From the NCBI GenBank assembly GCA_964650475.1, contig CAZYRK010000002.1, positions 12,087 through 76,086 on the forward strand: a stretch of 64,000 nt of DNA, in the 5' to 3' direction. Below are positions 60,202 to 64,000 of this stretch, piece by piece. Under the pieces are notes generated by a model. It was not told the origin of the DNA and ran no database searches. It saw only the letters and a list, made by a program, of their open reading frames with translations. Made by a program: the position numbers and the translations under genes. The stretch comes from an uncultured Candidatus Saccharibacteria bacterium. GTDB lineage: Bacteria > Patescibacteriota > Minisyncoccia > Phycocordibacterales > Phycocordibacteraceae. The number at the start of each line of letters is the position of its first letter. The first letter of the stretch is position 1.

Positions 60202-61326
60202 TTATAAATACTTTTTATTTTTAAGTTTTTTCGGCAGGTAACTTTTTGTATCATATTTCTCGTAACCTTCTCCGCGTCCTATTTCTTTCATAAGCTTTGT
60301 GGGAGCGTTTAAAATATTTTTAGGAATGGGTAAGTTTCCAAAAGTACGTATATCTTTTTGCGCTTCGCGCAGAGCATCATACGCGGAACGATTTTTCTTA
60401 CATTGCGCAAGATACGTAGCACCGTGCGCAAGGTTTATTGCACACTCCGGATACCCCACCGTCTCACATGCCCGAAAAACAGCATTTGCAACAACAAGTG
60501 CCGTCGGTTGCGCAAGACCAATATCCTCACTAGCAAAAACAACCATGCGCCTCGCGATAAAAAGAGGGTCCTCACCTCCTTCAACCATACGGGCGAGATA
60601 GTAAACAACAGCGTCTACCTGTGATGCTCGCATACTTTTAATAAAAGCCGATACAGTATCAAAATGTTCTTCGCCCTGCTTATCGTAGCGTAAATGCGGT
60701 GACTCCAGCGCCCTGTTCAGTATTTCAACAGTAACATCACCATAAAGATGGTTTGTGCTCTCAATCAGCCCGAGCACTTTGCGGGCATCACCGTTTGCGT
60801 ATTCCACAAGCCACGCAAGTGCTTCCTCATCGACAGGCACTTCAGAACGCGCAATTATTGCTCGCAACGAATTTTCTGAGAGCGCCTCCAGTGTAAATAC
60901 CCTACAGCGTGAAAGAAGTGCTGAAATTATTTCAAAAGAAGGGTTCTCCGTAGTCGCTCCGACGAGCGTAAGCTCCCCGCTTTCGACAAACGGTAACAAA
61001 AAATCCTGTTGCGCTTTATTGAAACGATGTATTTCATCAATAAAAAGTACCTTGTTTTTTCCTTTTACATCTTCTTCAAGAATTTTCCGAATATCGCTTT
61101 TACCTGCGGAAACAGCGGAGCACTCGAAAAGAGCTGAGTCTAAGGCGCGCGCATAAATGCGCGCGATTGTTGTCTTCCCCGCCCCCGGCGGACCCCAGAG
61201 AATAAATGAAAAAATATGTTTTTTCTCGATTGCAACCTGTAACGGGGCACCCTCTCCAACCAGATGCTCTTGCCCGACAAATTCATCGAGAGACTTCGGT
61301 CTGATACGAGACGCCAGTGGTTCCAT
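60202..61326 (-). CDS. rarA: Replication-associated recombination protein A (RarA/MgsA)
   Basis: PLASRIRP, WGPPGAGKTT, DEIHRFNKAQQD, ATTENPSF, SEDIG; start reset to 61326. Confidence 0.95.
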   Translation of the reverse strand: MEPLASRIRPKSLDEFVGQEHLVGEGAPLQVAIEKKHIFSFILWGPPGAGKTTIARIYARALDSALFECSAVSAGKSDIRKILEEDVKGKNKVLFIDEIHRFNKAQQDFLLPFVESGELTLVGATTENPSFEIISALLSRCRVFTLEALSENSLRAIIARSEVPVDEEALAWLVEYANGDARKVLGLIESTNHLYGDVTVEILNRALESPHLRYDKQGEEHFDTVSAFIKSMRASQVDAVVYYLARMVEGGEDPLFIARRMVVFASEDIGLAQPTALVVANAVFRACETVGYPECAINLAHGATYLAQCKKNRSAYDALREAQKDIRTFGNLPIPKNILNAPTKLMKEIGRGEGYEKYDTKSYLPKKLKNKKYL

Positions 61327-61376
61327 ATACCTTTCATAGTACACCGCCAAACAAGCAGTGTCTGCGCTTGCTAAGC

Positions 61377-61434
61377 CCAAGCCCACACCAAAGCGCCGTG
61401 CCTTAAAAGGCACGGCGCTTTGGTGTGGGCTTGG
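61377..61434. repeat. Perfect 28-bp hairpin 3' of tRNA-Gly
   Basis: ccaagcccacaccaaagcgccgtgcctt-aa-aaggcacggcgctttggtgtgggcttgg. Confidence 0.9.
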
Positions 61435-61449
61435 TCAAGTACAACAATG

Positions 61450-61520
61450 TGCGGGATAGGAGAATCGAACTCCTGCTCTCAGTTTGGAAAACTGATGTTC
61501 TACCATTAAACTAATCCCGC
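61450..61520 (-). tRNA. tRNA-Gly (TCC), CCA not encoded
   Basis: GCGGGAT/ATCCCGC acceptor stem, anticodon arm TCAGT-TTTCCAA-ACTGA, GTTCGA T-loop. Confidence 0.95.
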
Positions 61521-61579
61521 TTCGAATATCAGCATACCAAAAACGAGACTTTATCGCACGTCTCGGGTAGCATAAGAAT

Positions 61580-62767
61580 ATGAAGTCGATAATATTCTTA
61601 TGGTTTGTACTTGTAATATCACTTGTTGATATGGCAATTTTAAAAAAACCATACGACTTTACATACATTTTTTCTAAACCTGCTACAAAACTTGTCGTAT
61701 CAAAACAAAACGAAACACCTGTAGTAAATATCAACAGAAAACAAAAGACATTTCTTCCTGAAAGTTCTCCGAAAAAATCCGAACGAATACATAAAACCTC
61801 TCAAACAAAAGAAAACACTTATACTTCAACCCCTGACACAACTCCACAAGCGCAAAAAACACCAGCAACAAAAAGCATACTCCCTGCCCAAAAAACTCTT
61901 ACTGCTCCGGATTCGGAAACTTTTTCCGAGGGAACACTGCGCCTGCGCAAGGCTCTTGTAAATATAATCTGCACCGTCTCTGCGGGAACCGTGCTTCGTT
62001 CCATATCCGGAAGTGGGGTTATCATCAGCTCAAAAGGAGTTGTTCTCACCAACGCACACATCGGACAATATTTTCTTCTTAGCGATTACCCAAGCAAAGG
62101 AAATACCTCTTGCGTAATTCGCACAGGAAGCCCCGCAAAAAAATCTTACTCTGCAGAGCTTATGTTCATATCACCGGCTTGGATAAAGGAGAATCCTGCG
62201 ACACTTACAAAATATGCACCGTCCGGCACGGGCGAACACGACATCGCGCTACTTTCCATTACAAAAAGTCTTACAAGCACACCCCTCCCAAACAAATTCC
62301 CTTTCGTGGAGCTTTCAAGAGAAACACCGAGGAAAGATAGCTCGGTCGTAATAGGATCGTATGCCGCCCAATTCCTAACAGTAAACGAAATAAGAGATGC
62401 TTTATACCCGACAATTGCATACGGCAAAGTTCACGAGGTGTTTACTTTCGGCACAAATACAATTGACCTTATATCGCTCGGAGGAAATGCCGCGGCACAA
62501 GAAGGGTCTTCTGGTGGCGGGGTTATAGACCTAAACGGAAAGCTCGAGGGATTGATTACCACCAGCACAACACAGGGAGCCACACAAACACGCGATTTGC
62601 ACGCAATTACAGCAATGTACATACGCCACGATTACGCAAAAGAGGCTACGACATCTCTCGACGCGATACTTGCAGAACAGCCCGAAACTGTAGTTACCGG
62701 GTTCGCTCCCGAGGCTAAAAAACTAACTGCGGTACTTGTAAAAATACTTTCTTCGGCATCGAATTAA
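61580..62767 (+). CDS. Membrane-anchored trypsin-like serine protease
   Basis: GSGVII, LTNAH, HDIALL, EGSSGG catalytic triad motifs. Confidence 0.85.
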   Translation: MKSIIFLWFVLVISLVDMAILKKPYDFTYIFSKPATKLVVSKQNETPVVNINRKQKTFLPESSPKKSERIHKTSQTKENTYTSTPDTTPQAQKTPATKSILPAQKTLTAPDSETFSEGTLRLRKALVNIICTVSAGTVLRSISGSGVIISSKGVVLTNAHIGQYFLLSDYPSKGNTSCVIRTGSPAKKSYSAELMFISPAWIKENPATLTKYAPSGTGEHDIALLSITKSLTSTPLPNKFPFVELSRETPRKDSSVVIGSYAAQFLTVNEIRDALYPTIAYGKVHEVFTFGTNTIDLISLGGNAAAQEGSSGGGVIDLNGKLEGLITTSTTQGATQTRDLHAITAMYIRHDYAKEATTSLDAILAEQPETVVTGFAPEAKKLTAVLVKILSSASN

Positions 62768-62793
62768 AAACTGCGTTGGGCTAGCGACCCGAC

Positions 62794-63037
62794 TTAAATT
62801 AACTCTTAAAGTACACCCTCTTGAAAAACTTGTTGTGGCGTTAAATAGTTAAGACGTTTACGTGGTCGACTATTCAATTTATGAACAGCACGTTGGACAT
62901 CTTTATTTGTAATTGTGGCAAAAGACGAACCTTTGGGAAAATACTGTCTCAACAAACCATTAATATTTTCATTGGCTCCTCTTTGTTGGGGGTTGCTGAA
63001 TTAACACCTGAAGTGCACTTCAGGTGTTAATTCAGCA
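62794..63037 (-). mobile_element. Internally deleted IS30-family remnant
   Basis: Manual translation of 62991-62806: PQQRGANENINGLLRQYFPKG...LNSRPRKRLNYLTPQQVF; IR-like ends at 62794-62815 and 63014-63035 (16/22 identical). Confidence 0.85.
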
Positions 63038-63101
63038 GATCTGGTGGAAAAGCTTTAATTTAACGTACTTTATAATTTCTTTATTCTGGGTTTGCGACTA
63101 T

Positions 63102-64000
63102 CTATGAAGCCTTTGGTTGTGATGCAATATGTATCGTGCGCGTTGGATACGCAAATTCAACATTCTCAGAAGCAAACAAATTAAGAATTGCCATATTCAT
63201 TTCCTGCTGTCTGTCCATGTATTCTGTGTAGTCTCCGGAATTTACGTAATACACCAGATCAAAATCGAGCGAGGAATCTCCGAAACCTGAAAAATGCACT
63301 CTGTCTATTTTAATACCTGAAATCGGGTTCAGTACATCTTTTATCTTTTCCGGAAGGGCTGAAACCGTCTCGCTTGGTGTCTCATAGGCTATACCAATCT
63401 TCATTTCCACACGGCGATTTTGCATAGAGTGGAAATTTTGGATACGGGTGGAAGTAAGCTCGTGATTTGATATAACAATCTCCTCGCCTTGAAGTGCGCG
63501 AAGTCTCGTGGTTTTTATACCAATATTTTCCACTGTGCCCATATTCTTGCCAACAATAATAAAGTCTCCTTGCACAAACGGCTTGTCAAAATAAATAGCA
63601 AACGAGCTAAAAAGGTCTGTCAAAATGTTTTGCAGAGCGAAAGCTATGGCAACACCGCCTATCCCCAAGCCGGCAATGAGCGATGTGATGTTTACCCCGA
63701 GGTTCGACAAAAGCAAGAGCACCGCGATGCCCCACAGTACAGACTTCGCCATAGTTCCCAAGAAATGCCGTGCAACATGTTCACTTTTTTCACCTGAGGA
63801 ATGCGCGACAAACATATCTATCGCGATATTGAGAGCGCGGATGACATACCAAAGAACAAGCGCGAGCAAAACTACATTTAATACAGTAGCTACATTTTTC
63901 GAGAGCTCGAGCGTGTGCAGACCGATATATAACGAAAGATACCAATAAAACGCTGGTCGAACGCTTTGTATCATCGCGACGATAGCATCGTCTATTTTAT
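63102..64000 (-). CDS. Small-conductance mechanosensitive channel (MscS family), 5' end outside window
   Basis: AGLGIGGVAIAFALQ, DKPF..GDFI, IGIKTTR, FAYPT. Confidence 0.93.
   Translation of the reverse strand, partial: KIDDAIVAMIQSVRPAFYWYLSLYIGLHTLELSKNVATVLNVVLLALVLWYVIRALNIAIDMFVAHSSGEKSEHVARHFLGTMAKSVLWGIAVLLLLSNLGVNITSLIAGLGIGGVAIAFALQNILTDLFSSFAIYFDKPFVQGDFIIVGKNMGTVENIGIKTTRLRALQGEEIVISNHELTSTRIQNFHSMQNRRVEMKIGIAYETPSETVSALPEKIKDVLNPISGIKIDRVHFSGFGDSSLDFDLVYYVNSGDYTEYMDRQQEMNMAILNLFASENVEFAYPTRTIHIASQPKAS

Overview
A 64-kb chromosomal segment of a Patescibacteria/CPR bacterium (Parcubacteria-like). This assignment is inferred from gene content, divergent ribosomal proteins, split ComEC and many short or leaderless mRNAs. 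TGA is used as a stop codon. The first 15 kb hold the str/S10/spc ribosomal cluster, split by long structured spacers and interrupted between rpsG and fusA by a toxin-antitoxin island. Next come a DUF3800 pseudogene with a candidate convergent RNA, a secreted lipase/acyltransferase with a duplicated membrane partner around a hicBA module, and a cobalamin-riboswitch-controlled nrdD-nrdG-iscS-iscU-reductase block. A cohesin/dockerin/giant surface protein operon follows, then competence and type IV pilus genes and housekeeping genes (rnhA, recJ, pgk, tpiA, clpP, nusA, cfa, thyX, rny, HU, rarA, tRNA-Gly, MscS). The most striking unexplained signal is non-coding. About 27 mismatch-free intergenic palindromes of mostly unrelated sequence occur, and 15 are capped by c-GNA-g or c-AAA-g triloops typical of extra-stable ssDNA hairpins. 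Some appear to have arisen by local inverted duplication. There are also two mosaic clusters of two REP-like palindrome families, and four accessory cassettes bounded by direct repeats, mostly containing or abutting these hairpins. No database searches were run, so family assignments rest on recognised motifs.
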